From assembly GCF_018350175.1 (NCBI RefSeq), contig NC_058368.1, forward strand, positions 229,526,001 to 229,590,000: 64,000 nt of DNA, in the 5' to 3' direction. The position numbers and the translations under genes are program-made. This DNA comes from Felis catus (taxonomy: Eukaryota). Under the pieces are notes generated by a model. The model worked only from the letters and a program-made list of their open reading frames with translations. It ran no database searches and was not told the DNA's origin. Below are positions 12,251 to 24,569 of the stretch, one piece after another; positions within the stretch are counted from its first letter, which is position 1, and the number at the start of each line of letters is the position of its first letter.

Positions 12251-13250
12251 ATCAAATACAACAATGCATAGATATTTGAGAACCAGGAGACCCGACTCTT
12301 TATAAAGAGGATTATGATAAAGAGGAAGATAGGGACTCCCTATGTGAGGAGGCAGAGCTTGCAGAGTGTTTAAAGCTCCCTTCCCCTTTGCTCCTATTTC
12401 CCTCCATGGGCAGATAAGAGACAGGGCAAGGTGCTGTGTTAGACTTGTTCTCCTTCATTCAAAGTCCTGACTTAAGACTTCTCCTGTAGGATAACGATGG
12501 TTCAGAACAAAACCAACAAGAAGGAATGTTCAATCACACCATATAAGTAGAGTCCATTGTTTTCATTTTTCCCTTCCCCAAATACAACCCTAGGAGAAGT
12601 CAACAGAGAAGAAGCCTGTGTGTGAGATACATGAATCCACATCCCCACCTCTACTGCATCACAGTCTCTCCAAACCATGAATCACAGAGGCACCTTTGAA
12701 TTAAAAGTGAGACTGAATAAAAATGCATTAAAATTGAATCAAAAGTGAAATGGAATCTCCTAATAATTAAACTACCTAAAACTGTGAGATTGAACTGAGC
12801 TGTTGCCTCCTATCATTTGGTTTCTCAAAGTTTATTTCATATTTCTGTGTGCAAATCATTGGGCTGACTTGGATTAGGTGCCTATCCCATGGTCAAGGTG
12901 CAGTGAGCATTGACACTGATTCTCCTACCAAGAGTACATGATGTGGGGAAGGGGTATTTCAGTAAGGGGATAGCACCATAGCCACAAAAGACAAAGGGAA
13001 AGAGATCATGGCAGACAGGAGCACCACATGTCCATGACAGACCACATTAAATTAAGATGTTACTGGAATATGGAAAAGGACGGTAAAGTTTGTTATATAG
13101 AAACAAATATAGATATGATATGATGGGGGAGTAATATGGCTGTACACAAAAGGGACTCCAAGATATTAGGGACTTATAAATTTAAACATGAAAGTAACTT
13201 GGACAAAATTGTGAATAGACTAGTTTGAAAAAAGGCAAAGTCCAGATTTT

Positions 13251-13420
13251 TTAATTTATTTATATTTTTTAATGTTTAATTATTTATTTATAGAGAAAGA
13301 GAGAGAGAGGGAGAGAGAAATCCCAAGCAGGTTCTGCGCTGTCAGCGCAGAGCCTAACGTGAGGTTTGAACCCGTGAACTGTGAGATCATGACCTGAGCC
13401 ACAACTCTCAAAGGTGCCCC
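13251..13420 (-). mobile_element. Can-SINE with a deletion in the head
   Basis: Body and tail intact; segment between two CTGAGCC copies missing; TSD ...GTCCAGATTTT. Confidence 0.9.
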
Positions 13421-13516
13421 TCAAAGGTCCAGATTTTATATGGGATGTTAAATTTGTGATGAGTACATTAAGAAAAAGAAACAAATGCATCTTTGGGGAT
13501 AAAAAATGCAAAAGTT

Positions 13517-13721
13517 GGGACGCCTAGGTGGCTCAGTCAGTTAGACTTGCTACTGGCTCGGGTCATGATCTCACGGGCTCATGAGTTCCAGCCCTGCGTC
13601 AGGCTCTGGAATGACAGTGCAGAGCTTGCTTGGGATTCTGTCTCTCCCTCTTTTTCTGCTCCTCCCCCACTCATTTTCTCTCTTCTCTCTCTCTCTCTCT
13701 CTCTCAAAATAAATAAACTTT
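13517..13721 (+). mobile_element. Can-SINE
   Basis: TSD AAAAATGCAAAA(G/A)TT. Confidence 0.95.
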
Positions 13722-13792
13722 AAAAATGCAAAAATTAAAATGGCTATCTATCTTACTGTCTTTAAAATCACATAAATAATGACAGTAGTTTG

Positions 13793-13881
13793 TTTTTTTA
13801 ATATGAAATTTATTGTCAAATTGACTTCCATACAACGCCCAGTGCTCATCCCAACAGGTGCCCTTTTCAATGCCCATCACG
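13793..13881 (-). mobile_element. ~90-bp L1 3' end (felid type), extremely 5'-truncated
   Basis: Reverse complement matches the 3' end of the full-length L1 (~32310-32385); TSD AATG(A/C)CAGTAGTTTG at 13778-13792 and 13882-13896. Confidence 0.9.
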
Positions 13882-15699
13882 AATGCCAGTAGTTTGAATA
13901 ACTATATTATACACAGGCATATACACAAATGTGTGTTTCTGTGTTTTTAAGTTAGGATTACACATTTCCTATGATAAAGTACAACTTTCTTAGAAGCAAA
14001 GAAATTATTTATCCTGAATAAGTAAATAAATATTTCAATGCTATAGCTATTAATAAATAAATTGATTGATTAACGTTACATTGTGTAGGAGTTCTGATTT
14101 GACCTTTTTAAGAGGTATGATCAGTGTTGTAGAAAACTGGTCATTGGCAAATAATAGAAAATAGAAAAGAGTACTTTGAAACCCATTGTATTTTGTTTAT
14201 TTTATTTGATTGTCTCCTTCCCACTCTTCTAAGGCAGAACGGAAGAGCTCTTTCCCGATGTCAGCCAATTGCAGGCATTTTGCCAGACAGGCAAAGTGGA
14301 GGTAATATCATAAAGGGTAATGACTAAATTTATTCTAGAGCCTCTGCTTCTATAGCTTTGGAAAGAAAGTGATTCATAGCTGAGAAATCAGAATAATGCA
14401 ATCAAAAATCCCTGTGGTACCATTCTTGACCTTTAAAGCCAGTACACACTTGCAGAATGGAAAATGAGCAGGAAGCATGCTATCAAACACTTGACTAGTG
14501 GTGGTTGGTGCTTCACCAGCTAGACAGTGTTCCTTATTAATATTTCAGAACCTGATGGAGCAGGTGCCCTTTGTAACCAAAGATCATATCAAGAACCAGA
14601 AAACAGAGTGCCCTGAAGGAAGTCAACCCCAAAAGTACTAACCTAGTTACCACAGAATATTTTTTAAAAAACCCAACTTGGAAATATTTTTGAGAAACGT
14701 TTCAGAAAAAAACTTTTCAAATGGTGGATTTAACTCAGAAGCTTCAAAAGCTATCATGTATTAGGTATTGAACTGCAAGAACAGAAAGACATTGATGCTG
14801 ATATATGTACAGAAGTTTCTTTTGTGCAGATAGATGATCTTACGAATACTCGTGAAACTAGAAAACATGGTCTTCCAAGGTGCATGCACCTGGAACTAGA
14901 AAGTTAGAAACTGAAGCCATCCTTTCTTTCAATTTCTACTTCTCACTGGATCATCTAGTGAACTCTCCTAATTCTCTCTCCTAACACAAACTTGATGAGT
15001 TTTGCCTTTGCTTATCTCCAGTGTTTCAGCAGGCCATCACATCCACTCTGGCTTTATATCTAAAAGACCCTCAGCACTTAATATAGCCTAATTAGCCTAG
15101 ACTCTAAGGTTTCTAGCCCAAATCCTTGCAGAATCAGAAAGATTCACCCATCATACCATATAGATTAGGTTTCTTGGGTCAAAACTCCACTCCTATTATG
15201 CTGTTAAAAGAGTTACATGCTTAAAAAAAAAGGTGGTGAAACTAGCTGCAATTTCATTTGGCTACAGATTATATACTACAAAGGGAGTATAGATAGGGAA
15301 GCACTTGTCAGCTTCTCTGCTAAGCTTAGCAAAGTAAAGTAGATTTAGGGTAGAAAAGAGATGACTGGTTTACCAGTCTAAATCCATTGAGGTAATTTAT
15401 TTTACAAATCAATGAGGAGGTATGTTGTGATCTCCAAAGTAAACACTCTGAAAATATGTATAGAAGAAGTATAACTTCTTTTTTTGTCTTTTTTAAGGAT
15501 TATGAAAAAGAAAAGGAAAAAAGGTGGAAGGTGGCCCAATTGCTTTTGTAGAGTCCCTAGTCAAATTAGCAAATCCTTTGGAGAAAGGAACAGCATGGTG
15601 GGTCATCAGGAAAGACATGCTTTCTGAATGTAGATACAAGTAACAAGACCTTCAAAAGCAGAGTCTGATTGTCTTAGAGATCCACAGATTTTAATAATT

Positions 15700-16070
15700 C
15701 TCACAAACTAAGTCCATATTCCTGAGTGGGCCTCCAAAGTCCTCCCCACCATCTGGCCTCCACGAACTTTCCAACTTCAACCTCAGCCCTCTGCTCCTGA
15801 CTGCCTGCTACACTGACTCATTGTTGGTCCCTGTATGTAACATGTTCTTCATGCCTCCCTGTCCTGGAACACCCTGCCCTTCCCCTTCTATGTGATGAAC
15901 CCCTGCTTATCTGGTCGACAGAAGATCAAACCTCCCTTTCTATAGGAAACATTCCCTGACTCCCACAGAAAAGCCTAGATGTTTCTTCATCCATGATTGC
16001 CACAGTGCATTTCACATAGCATTTAGAAAACAATGATGTATTTCTTTCTTTTGTCTTTATGTCTCCCTAT
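15700..16070 (+). mobile_element. L2 fragment
   Basis: Pyrimidine-rich decayed L2 text (CCTGGAACACCCTGCCC..., CATTCCCTGAC). Confidence 0.5.
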
Positions 16071-16289
16071 AAAAAATTTCAAAGTCATTGTATAATTTAC
16101 AGCTGACCATAATAACCAAAAATAATGAAAATATTAAAATAATGGTTCAGGTCTTCATCATTCCCCAAAATACCTGTCTTTTTAAAAAATGTCTTCTCAA
16201 TTCTTGAACAACTTGTTATCAAATAAATAAATAGAGCATACAGTATGTGTTCAACTGATGTCAAAACAGTGACCCCTGTTCTTTATCCC

Positions 16290-16638
16290 TACCCATGCCC
16301 TCTCACCCTGTGCAACCTGACTTTAGAATGACCCTGTGACCTGCCTTAGCCCTTAGTGTTCATTTCTGCTGTCTCTCTTGGACCCCTGCCTGTAATGAGA
16401 AATAAGCCTGGGCTAACCTTCTAGGGCCTGAGGAACCACATGGAGCTGAGCAAAGGGAAGTAGGCCCAGCCTAGGTCCTCCCAGACCAGTGAGCTCCTAC
16501 GAATCCAACCACAGACTCATGACAAGCCCAGCCCAATCATAAAACCATCAAACCAAAGTAGGCACATGTGTGATACTAACTTTTTATGTTTGGAGCCCCT
16601 AAATTGGGGGGTGATTTATTGCTCAAAATAACTGACAC
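16290..16638 (+). mobile_element. Old MLT1 (MaLR) LTR fragment
   Basis: 3' end AGCCCCTAAATTGGGGGGTGATTTATTGCTCAAAATAACTGACACA. Confidence 0.65.
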
Positions 16639-16998
16639 AAAACACTGCAGAATTTTAAAAAGAAAACTATCCCCTTACCTTAGAATAGGGGACACATGCA
16701 GCAAAGATCAAAATTGTATTTAAATATTTTATATAGAATAACAGATAAAAGAATCAATATAAACCGGTATCTAAACTAGGTTAAAAATCATATATTCTTT
16801 TTTATGGAAATATTTTTGTCACATTATTTCATGAAAAACAGTTATCACTACATCGGGGTTTTACATTCACATAAAAATAATTAAGTGTCATAATAAAAGT
16901 ACTTTCTTCATAAGAGCGTAAACACTTATATCAATATCCCATTTTTTTATACTGCCATCCAGAATCCAATTTTCTTGTAAAGTTATATTTAGGCTCAC

Positions 16999-17050
16999 AA
17001 AAATGATTGAAAATGTATCTTCCTCATTTGATTGCCTGGCTTTGCCATTT
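16999..17050 (-). other. Candidate exon (52 nt, or longer if terminal)
   Basis: Acceptor GTTTTCATTTTTAG|, weak donor TTT|GTGAGC. Confidence 0.3.
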
Positions 17051-17659
17051 CTAAAAATGAAAACTAAAACATTAGCATTGTTCTGCTCCTTTATCCGATT
17101 TTTTCTTTTCAATCTCTTGGATGAAGGACTTATTCAGATCAACATCCGTGATTTATAAAGCTATTTCATTATCTGTAGTATTATTTGAAGATTAATAATC
17201 CTTCTCTTAAAATATTACTATCTAGAAACAAAGGTGAGGAAAAATCTGTTTATCTTATACGTAAATGTCACCACGCATAGCTAAAAAGAGTTCATTTGAA
17301 TCATGCTTTCTATTTCACAGACTATAAAAGTCACATTTACTTTGTACTGTATGGGGACTTCAGTATTAATTTGATTAACTCCCTGCATTAGTCTTTTGTT
17401 TTTTTAAATAAATCATAATGCATCTTCTTTTTCCTAAAGGAAAAGGGCAGAGATTCAAGGGCCTTGGCAAAGTTTTTTAAGATTGGAAAGTTTTAAAGTG
17501 TAAGGACGTCAAACTAGATATTTCTGAATAATAATATTTATGTAGTAGGTGGAATGTGGAAAACTCAGAGCGAGGTATGAAAGAAAAAATGTGTAACTAT
17601 AGAAGGTTTTACACTGCACTTAACTTATCCTTAAGGCTTCAATCACAGACTGCAATGAT

Positions 17660-18263
17660 TATCACTTATCCGTGGGATCTAAAAAAGCCAAACTCGGAAA
17701 CAGAGAGTGCAATGGTGGTAACCAGGAGGCAGGGGTAGGGGAACTGGGGAGATGAGTACAAACTTGTGGGCGCATGGATGGCTCAGTCACTTAAGCGATC
17801 GACCCTAGATTTTGGCTCAGGTCATGATCCCACAGTTGGTGAGTTCAAGCCCCTCACTGGGCTCCACATCAACAGTACAGTCTGCTTGGCTCTCTCTCCT
17901 CCTGTCACTGCTCCTGTTTGTGTTCTCTCTCCCTGCACCCCACTCTCTCAAAATAAATAAATAAACTTTTAAAAAATCACGTAACTTAAAAAGAGTACAA
18001 ATTTGTAACTACTAGATAAATAAGTCTGGAGATCAAGGCACAGCTTGGTGATTATAATCAATAATACTGTATTATAAACTTCAGAGTCACTAAGAGACTA
18101 GGTCTTAATGGTTCTCACCAGAAAAAAAGAAATGATAATTATTGATGTCATAGGTGTTCTCTAATGCTAAGGTAGTAATCATCTTGCGATATGTAAATAT
18201 CAAATCAAAACCTTGTACACCTTAAACTTACTCAATGTTTTATGTCTATTATATCTCAATTTT
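17660..18263 (+). mobile_element. Older L1 3'UTR fragment (L1MA/L1_Carn-like), interrupted by a SINE
   Basis: TCACTTATCCGTGGGATCTAAAAAAG ... TTGTACACCTTAAACTTA ... TATATCTCAAT, typical L1 3' end. Confidence 0.85.
17768..17992 (+). mobile_element. Can-SINE nested in L1 3'UTR
   Basis: TSD GAGTACAAA(C/T)TTGT at 17754-17767 and 17993-18006. Confidence 0.93.
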
Positions 18264-18484
18264 TTTTTTTAAATTTTTTTTCAACGTTTATTTATTTTTG
18301 GGACAGAGAGAGACAGAGCTTGAACGGGGGATGGTCAGAGAGAGAGGGAGACACAGAATCGGAAACAGGCTCCAGGCTCTGAGCCATCAGCCCAGAGCCT
18401 GATGCGGGGCTCGAACTCCCGGACCGCGAGATCGTGACCTGGCTGAAGTCGGACGCCTAACCGACTGCGCCACCCAGGCGCCCC
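18264..18484 (-). mobile_element. Young felid Can-SINE
   Basis: GGTGGCGCAGTCGG head, CpGs retained; perfect TSD CTATTATATCTCAATTTT. Confidence 0.97.
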
Positions 18485-18509
18485 CTATTATATCTCAATT
18501 TTAAAAATT

Positions 18510-19370
18510 GTCAGTCCAGCTCTGATCTCTTTACTGAGCTTTAAACCCAAGCATCTAATTATCCACGAATCATGGCAATTTGAGTACACTACAGATCAAA
18601 CAAACCAAACCTTCCTCTTCCCCACAAGCCTTAATTCTGTGAGCAACATCGTGATTCTGTTCAAACACTTTGTTCATACCACAAACCAGTAGCCTTGACT
18701 GTTGTTTTCATCAGCGTCTACCTTCTCTGTTTGAAGTCCTGCTATGTGTATCTCATAATTACTTCTCAAACTTGTTCGCTTCACCATTTCATTGATCTAA
18801 TTTAGGCTAAAATCATATCACCGAAATTCAAGCCACAGTTCTCCCAAATGACCACTTGACTTTTATTGTAACCAAATCTGAATTCCACCATTTCCAGACC
18901 AGTGGATTTGGTGTTTTAACAAAATCCACCAGGGCCTGCATATTCCATGTCCTGATAACTCTCCATGTCCTTAACTCTCAGGGCACTGTGCTAAGCTACT
19001 CGCAAGTTCCATAATTCTGTCTCCTATGCGGGACTTTGCAAATTCAGTTTCTTCTTACTGGAACACTCTCACATACTCCTTCGTTCCTTGGAAAAATCCT
19101 ACTTGGTTCCAGATACCATGTCCTCCTGGAAGTCTTCCTTCATGCATAAGATTGCATACGGACCTTCACATTGTCCCCAGAGCATCCTGTGTTTCTCTCA
19201 CATCACATCCCCACTCTCTTGCTTCCTTAACTGTATCTTCAATTAAGTCTTAGAGACTACAACTTTTTATCATCCAGCATATTAATAGCATGGTAATATC
19301 TCTAATGCTCGGCAAAGTTCCTGGCTCATAATGAAAGAAAAAGTCAAGTTGGATAAATCAAATAATGAAT
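18510..19370 (+). mobile_element. L2 fragments
   Basis: Decayed L2 3' region (CTGGAACACTCTC, GAAGTCTTCC, GTTCCTGGCTCATA). Confidence 0.5.
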
Positions 19371-19551
19371 AAAAAATATAATAATTTAAGTGGATAATCC
19401 TGATTTGTCCACTGCGTATTACATTCCCTGTGTCAATTTGTTACGCTGAGTATTTTTCTTAATAAACCCTACAAGATTAAGTATACTGGGTGAAACAATA
19501 AGACAGATTGTTATAGTAGAAGGAATCCTGAATCAAGTCAGGATAGAGATC

Positions 19552-19690
19552 CAGTTTTGAGATATGTTTACAGCTGTGAAACCATCACCATAATCAAGAC
19601 AGTGAACCTGCCCAAACCTTATCAAATTGTACACTTAAAGTAGTGTAGTTTAACGTATATCATATATACTTCAATAAGGTGTTTTTTTTA
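19552..19690. mobile_element. Short old L1 3' end (L1MB-like) with an inverted 5' part
   Basis: 19552-19613 is antisense L1 3'UTR; 19614-19690 is the sense continuation ending TATACTTCAATAAGG. Confidence 0.7.
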
Positions 19691-19838
19691 AGAGTACCAT
19701 TAAATTGGTCAAGGGAAAACAGTGAATACATGGGAGCTTTAAATATGATACATCAATATATAACGTGCATTTATTCATAGAGACAAGCAGATGGCAACGG
19801 CATAACAGAAGAGTTGAATTGTTAAAAATACCACTCAC

Positions 19839-19895
19839 CTTGATTGAGTACACGGTACGTTTCTTTCCACCATATACTCTTCTGTCCATCCTCTC
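19839..19895 (-). other. Candidate internal exon (57 nt), open in all three frames
   Basis: Acceptor CCTTTTACAG|, donor AAG|GTGAGT, purine-rich body. Confidence 0.5.
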
Positions 19896-20034
19896 CTGTA
19901 AAAGGTATCGTAGCAATGCAGAGAAAGACACTTAATGTTTTCTTTGCTACCAAAGGACATGTTGTAAGCCACTCCATGTGGTCAATCATGTATTCCATTA
20001 AAATTAATTAAAAATAAGGAAATAGTGAAATTGC

Positions 20035-20190
20035 ACTTTAGACTTTTGGAGCCGAAGAGAACCTTACAGACAATCTGGTTCAGAGTCCTAATGTCACAGA
20101 TGAGCAATCTGAGATCCAGAAATTGCCTCAGCTCTAAAAGACCACGCAGTGGGCAGTTGGAAATAACATTCATATCACCCATTTCAGAAC
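20035..20190 (-). mobile_element. MIR fragment
   Basis: ACAGATGAGCAATCTGAGATCCAGA, MIR core-like. Confidence 0.55.
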
Positions 20191-20202
20191 TCCCCTGTAG
20201 AA

Positions 20203-20312
20203 GGGCTCCTGGCTGACTCAGTAAAGCATGTGACTCTTGACCTTGTGGTTGTAAATTCGAGCTCCAAATTGGGTGTAGAGATTACTTAAAGAAATAAAAT
20301 CTTTTAAAAAAT
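20203..20312 (+). mobile_element. Short old Can-SINE variant
   Basis: GGGCTCCTGGCTGACTCAG...TTGGGTGTAGAGATTACTTAAA. Confidence 0.85.
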
Positions 20313-20380
20313 AACAAATTCACCAGTAGAACACATTGTCAGAGTTCTTTTTTTGTTGTTCTGAGTAGTTTTTTGATACA

Positions 20381-20552
20381 ATTTTTTTAGGGGGGGGGAG
20401 CAGGGCAAGGGCAGAGGGAGAGAGAAAGTCTTAAGTAGGCTCCACACCCAGCACAGAGCCCAACATGGGGCCCGATCCCAGGACCCTGGGGTCATGACCT
20501 GAGATGAAATCCAAAGTCGGTCACCTAACCGACTGAGCCACCCAGGTACTCC
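20381..20552 (-). mobile_element. Can-SINE
   Basis: Reverse-complement head ...ACCGACTGAGCCACCCAGG. Confidence 0.92.
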
Positions 20553-21017
20553 TCAATACTGTTTACCATTTAATCAAATTCTGTATCAGCCATCTTCTCC
20601 AAAAAAGAATACAAATAATATATCACATGAGGAATTTAATTCTATCCACTTAAGAGAAAATTAAGGCTACTTCTTGCTGCACACATCCGTTTTCACCACT
20701 GCCTTACAGTTTCTCTCAGCCCCACCAATACAATTACCCTGCTGAACTTGTATTCTTCTGTAAATGTAAATTATTATATTAACATGGTAGGTGATTGGCC
20801 AGTAGAAATACACATAATGAAATTTTGGATTAGGAAAAGTCTGCCTGAGAAATCTATTTTTTACTGAAACACTTACAGAAGAGCAACCACAGAGGGTAAT
20901 CTCAGTATTATATTTTCCATCAGCACTCTGAAAGTTTACTTATTGCCAACTACTTATTGGAGGCCCGGGCATTGAGATTACGGTTCATTTAAAGATAAAA
21001 ACTTGACAGTGGCTCAC

Positions 21018-21084
21018 CTTAAATTTACAATGTATAAGCTTTCCATCGTTAGGCAATATTCTTCTATGGTAATAGAATATCTGC
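21018..21084 (-). other. Candidate exon (67 nt) containing a strong-Kozak ATG
   Basis: Acceptor CTTTTTGCAG|, donor AAG|GTGAGC, ACGATGG with ATG at 21046-21044. Confidence 0.4.
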
Positions 21085-21934
21085 CTGCAAAAAGTTTTTG
21101 CATTAATCATTGCTTTGACTCTTTCATTTATATGAGCACTAAAGCTACACTTTGTAAGACTGAAAGGCATCTCAAAGAAGGAAAATGCTCTTGACTGCTA
21201 TGCTGACTGGTATTGTTTCCTTATTTATAAACCCACAAAAATAAGTCATTTTCTCTTTTCTTCTTTCTTTACTTTTTTTAGGGAGAGGATTATTGTTGCT
21301 GTTGTTATTGCTTTTGACCAGTAGAGAAAAAAGACGGACAAGGAAAAAACAGAAAAGATTGTTTTACTTTTTCCCAGTTACTCAAAGAGCTGCATAAGGC
21401 ATTCTATAACAGTATCTATGCTATGATTCTCATAAAGTCACAGCCCTAGATAAGGGAACTAACTGTCAGATTTGCCTTTTCACACAAAGCAGCTATTGTA
21501 TTTATAGCTTTTAATTATCACATTATCTTTAATTATCTTTCAATTAAGTTATGCAAAAAAACACAACGCGAGTTTGGCAATATTTAGAAGCATACAAGGT
21601 GGTTTCTGTTAACCACTAGAAATGAGTGTAGTTCCCTTCCACATCTGAGTATCCCACTCAAAATGCAAGGATTTTTGTGATTATCACAAAGTTGTTTGTA
21701 CTCATTTAAAATAATTCACTCAGCTCAGACAATGATTCATGAATTCACACAATCTGCTTGTTTCCAGTAAGTACCCAACTGGTCTGCTTTAGTTTCAGTA
21801 GGGGTTAAAGCGGTTAACTCGGTGAACTCCCATATAGCTGCGTTACGTAGCATGACGTTACCAAACACACGCTGCCCATTAATCAGGATTCTACTTGAAC
21901 ACCATACGCCAAACTAGCTAGACAACTCATGGGA

Positions 21935-22250
21935 CACCTGTGTGTATATTACATGAGCATAGCTCAACACATTTTCACAACGCGAACACACTCATGAAAC
22001 CAGCACCCAGATCAAAAACAGACATTTTCACAATTCCAGAGACACATCTCTCCTTCTGGGCATTATCCGTACCCACAAGGCAACCACAAGACCCTTGTAA
22101 GCATTGTGTGATTTTGACTCTCTCATAAATGGAATCGTATAGAATGTTTGCTTTTTTGTCTCACTTCCTTTGCTCAACATTAGTTTGATGATATTTATCC
22201 ATCTTGGTGTATATAGTTGCAGTACCTTCTCATTGCCAATTAGTGTTTTA
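21935..22250 (-). mobile_element. Old L1 (L1ME-like) 3'UTR fragment
   Basis: AACCAGCACCCAGATCAA..., ATAAATGGAATCGTATAG..., CTTCCTTTGCTCAACATT. Confidence 0.7.
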
Positions 22251-24569
22251 ACTGGGCAGGCTTTTTAAGAGTTGAAAGTCAATGTAGCATATATATAATA
22301 AATATATTTTGTTCTATATGTGACAGTGTAAATGTATCTGCCAACTGGCAAGCTTTTAAAATAAAAATAAAAATGTACTGCATTTTCCTGTATGTACCAC
22401 TATTTCCTTACAACGTTTTCCTTGTCTTTTGATTAGCTAGAGAAAATTATAGACAAAGAGGTAGCGTGAAAGAAAAATAGGAAATCTCTGTTAACCCTCC
22501 TCCACAGCAAATATTAAAAGTGCTATATACAAAATAATTACTTTTCAAATTTATAACATTCCTTGGTTTGCATTATGTCTACTCTCTTCTGTGTAAGGAG
22601 GTTTTACATTTGCATCATGCTTGAGAATAAAGCATTTTTATTTTTTTTTTCATTTATATTCCACAGAACTCTGTTAGAAAGGGCAGTTATCTCTTAAGTA
22701 CCTCTTATGTCTTGTACAACGCTAACTATGGTATGATATTTTTAGAAAGCAAACATCAGCAACCACAAAAAATACTGTCATAGTTATTGTGCTTAAGGAA
22801 AATATTGGGGAGCTGAATATTACCAAGGCACCTGAAGGTGCAGGGCTAAGAAAGAGTAATCACATTGGGAGGAAGCAATAGTCGGGTTTTCACCACAACT
22901 TTCATTCTCTGTCTTGATTTTGAAAGTGTCATTTTCACATCCCAGCTTTTCTTATCCCTTCTCCCTCACCGTCCCCCAAATGGGACTTTGTGGTTGAAAT
23001 TGAACATGACGTGGGAAGAATGGGACCTATTAGAAAATTATAGAAAACAACTTTCAGGCAGATAGCTAAACCCAGAGATAAATTTATCAAAGGTAAATAA
23101 ATATCCCTAGACTGTAAATCATCTGTGGAATCCCCTTAGCTGGTAATGAAGAGCCGCATCCTCATCCAGGAGGGCTAGTCCTGGCCCCATACAGATCCAC
23201 AGAGGCAGGGAGTCCTTCTTGGAAGAGCAGGCTCCCCAAGCAGTTGATTGGTGGCTGATGTGTAAGGGTCTGGAGACAAGTAGTATGATTTGTCCATGAG
23301 GGATGAGAATCATGGGTCCCTCCGTAGGCTGTGCAAAGTTTGTGATAGGAGAGGACCAGAAGGGAGAAAGTCAGGACCAATATCCTAAAGGACATCACCC
23401 AGGGAAACAAGGATCTGTTGTATATAATGGGCAAAAGTCACCCAGTCATTGATTATTACAATGAACAAAGCAGGGACCTCGTAACAAGGTAAAATCAGCT
23501 GTCAGTGGATGGATATTCAAAATTTCAGCATTAGAAAATCTGGTTTCAATATGAATTATTTAGCACTTATTCTAGGATTCCTTATACATATGCTGGCTGG
23601 GGATACAGTTGGCTTTGGGCCTGCAATACTGCTGATGTAAGACTTATAGCATTTGACAGCCAGTGTTGGAGGGTAGCAGCCTAACATAACATCATTCAAC
23701 TGTTCTTTCTCGCTCCCTTCCTCTCTATAAACCTGGAAGGTTGAGTAAGATCATCTCTAAGGTATTTTCGTGGTCTGCAACTCTCCATTTTTTCATCTTT
23801 TTATCATTTTTTCACATAATCCTTTTAGAGGTTAGCACCTCTTAAGGTCATCTGAACCATATGATTCTGAAAATTCAGACTCATTGAAATAGCAGAATTA
23901 ATCTAGCCATAAAAATAGACAGAGGTCAGCACAGTATCTGAGGCCAAAAGGAAAAGGCAGGGAAGGCTGTGATGAGAAAATTATGCTCGACCTCACCTTT
24001 CTATTTCCTTTGGCTTTGGCTTTTATTGGATGCTATATTTCTGGGGGAACCATTCCCATTTGCTGCAGGTAAATGGTTGTGTTCTGAATTTATTGAGACG
24101 GGCAGCAGAAGGTCAAGGTATAGGCCAAGGGTAACTAAAACAGGGAAAGAGAACATTTGAGAATGATGTAGACAAATGCAAACTTTGTGGATTAGGCATG
24201 TGTTGGGTGGAGAGTGGTGAGCATTTACAGAAAAATAGAACAGGCCTGCTTTTAAGCAGATCAAGCAAAAGAAAGCCCCAAGCCAATTTATTTTATTCAT
24301 TTCTTCCATCCCTGAAGTTGGCCTGGGATGCTACAAATAATTCCAGAGAAAGAAAGTCCTTAAAATCATAAGCCATTGTCTGTAGAATTTTTGCATTATT
24401 CATATACTTAACTAGTTTAAAGAGAAAAAAAACAGCTTATAATTTTTACATAATACAAATTCAGTCTCTGGATTTTTAGGAAGTAAGTAGGTAGCTGATC
24501 CAAATAGATGAGACTTTTTTTCCCCTAATGTAAATGGTCAATGATATCTTCCATTTAAAAATGATTCTA

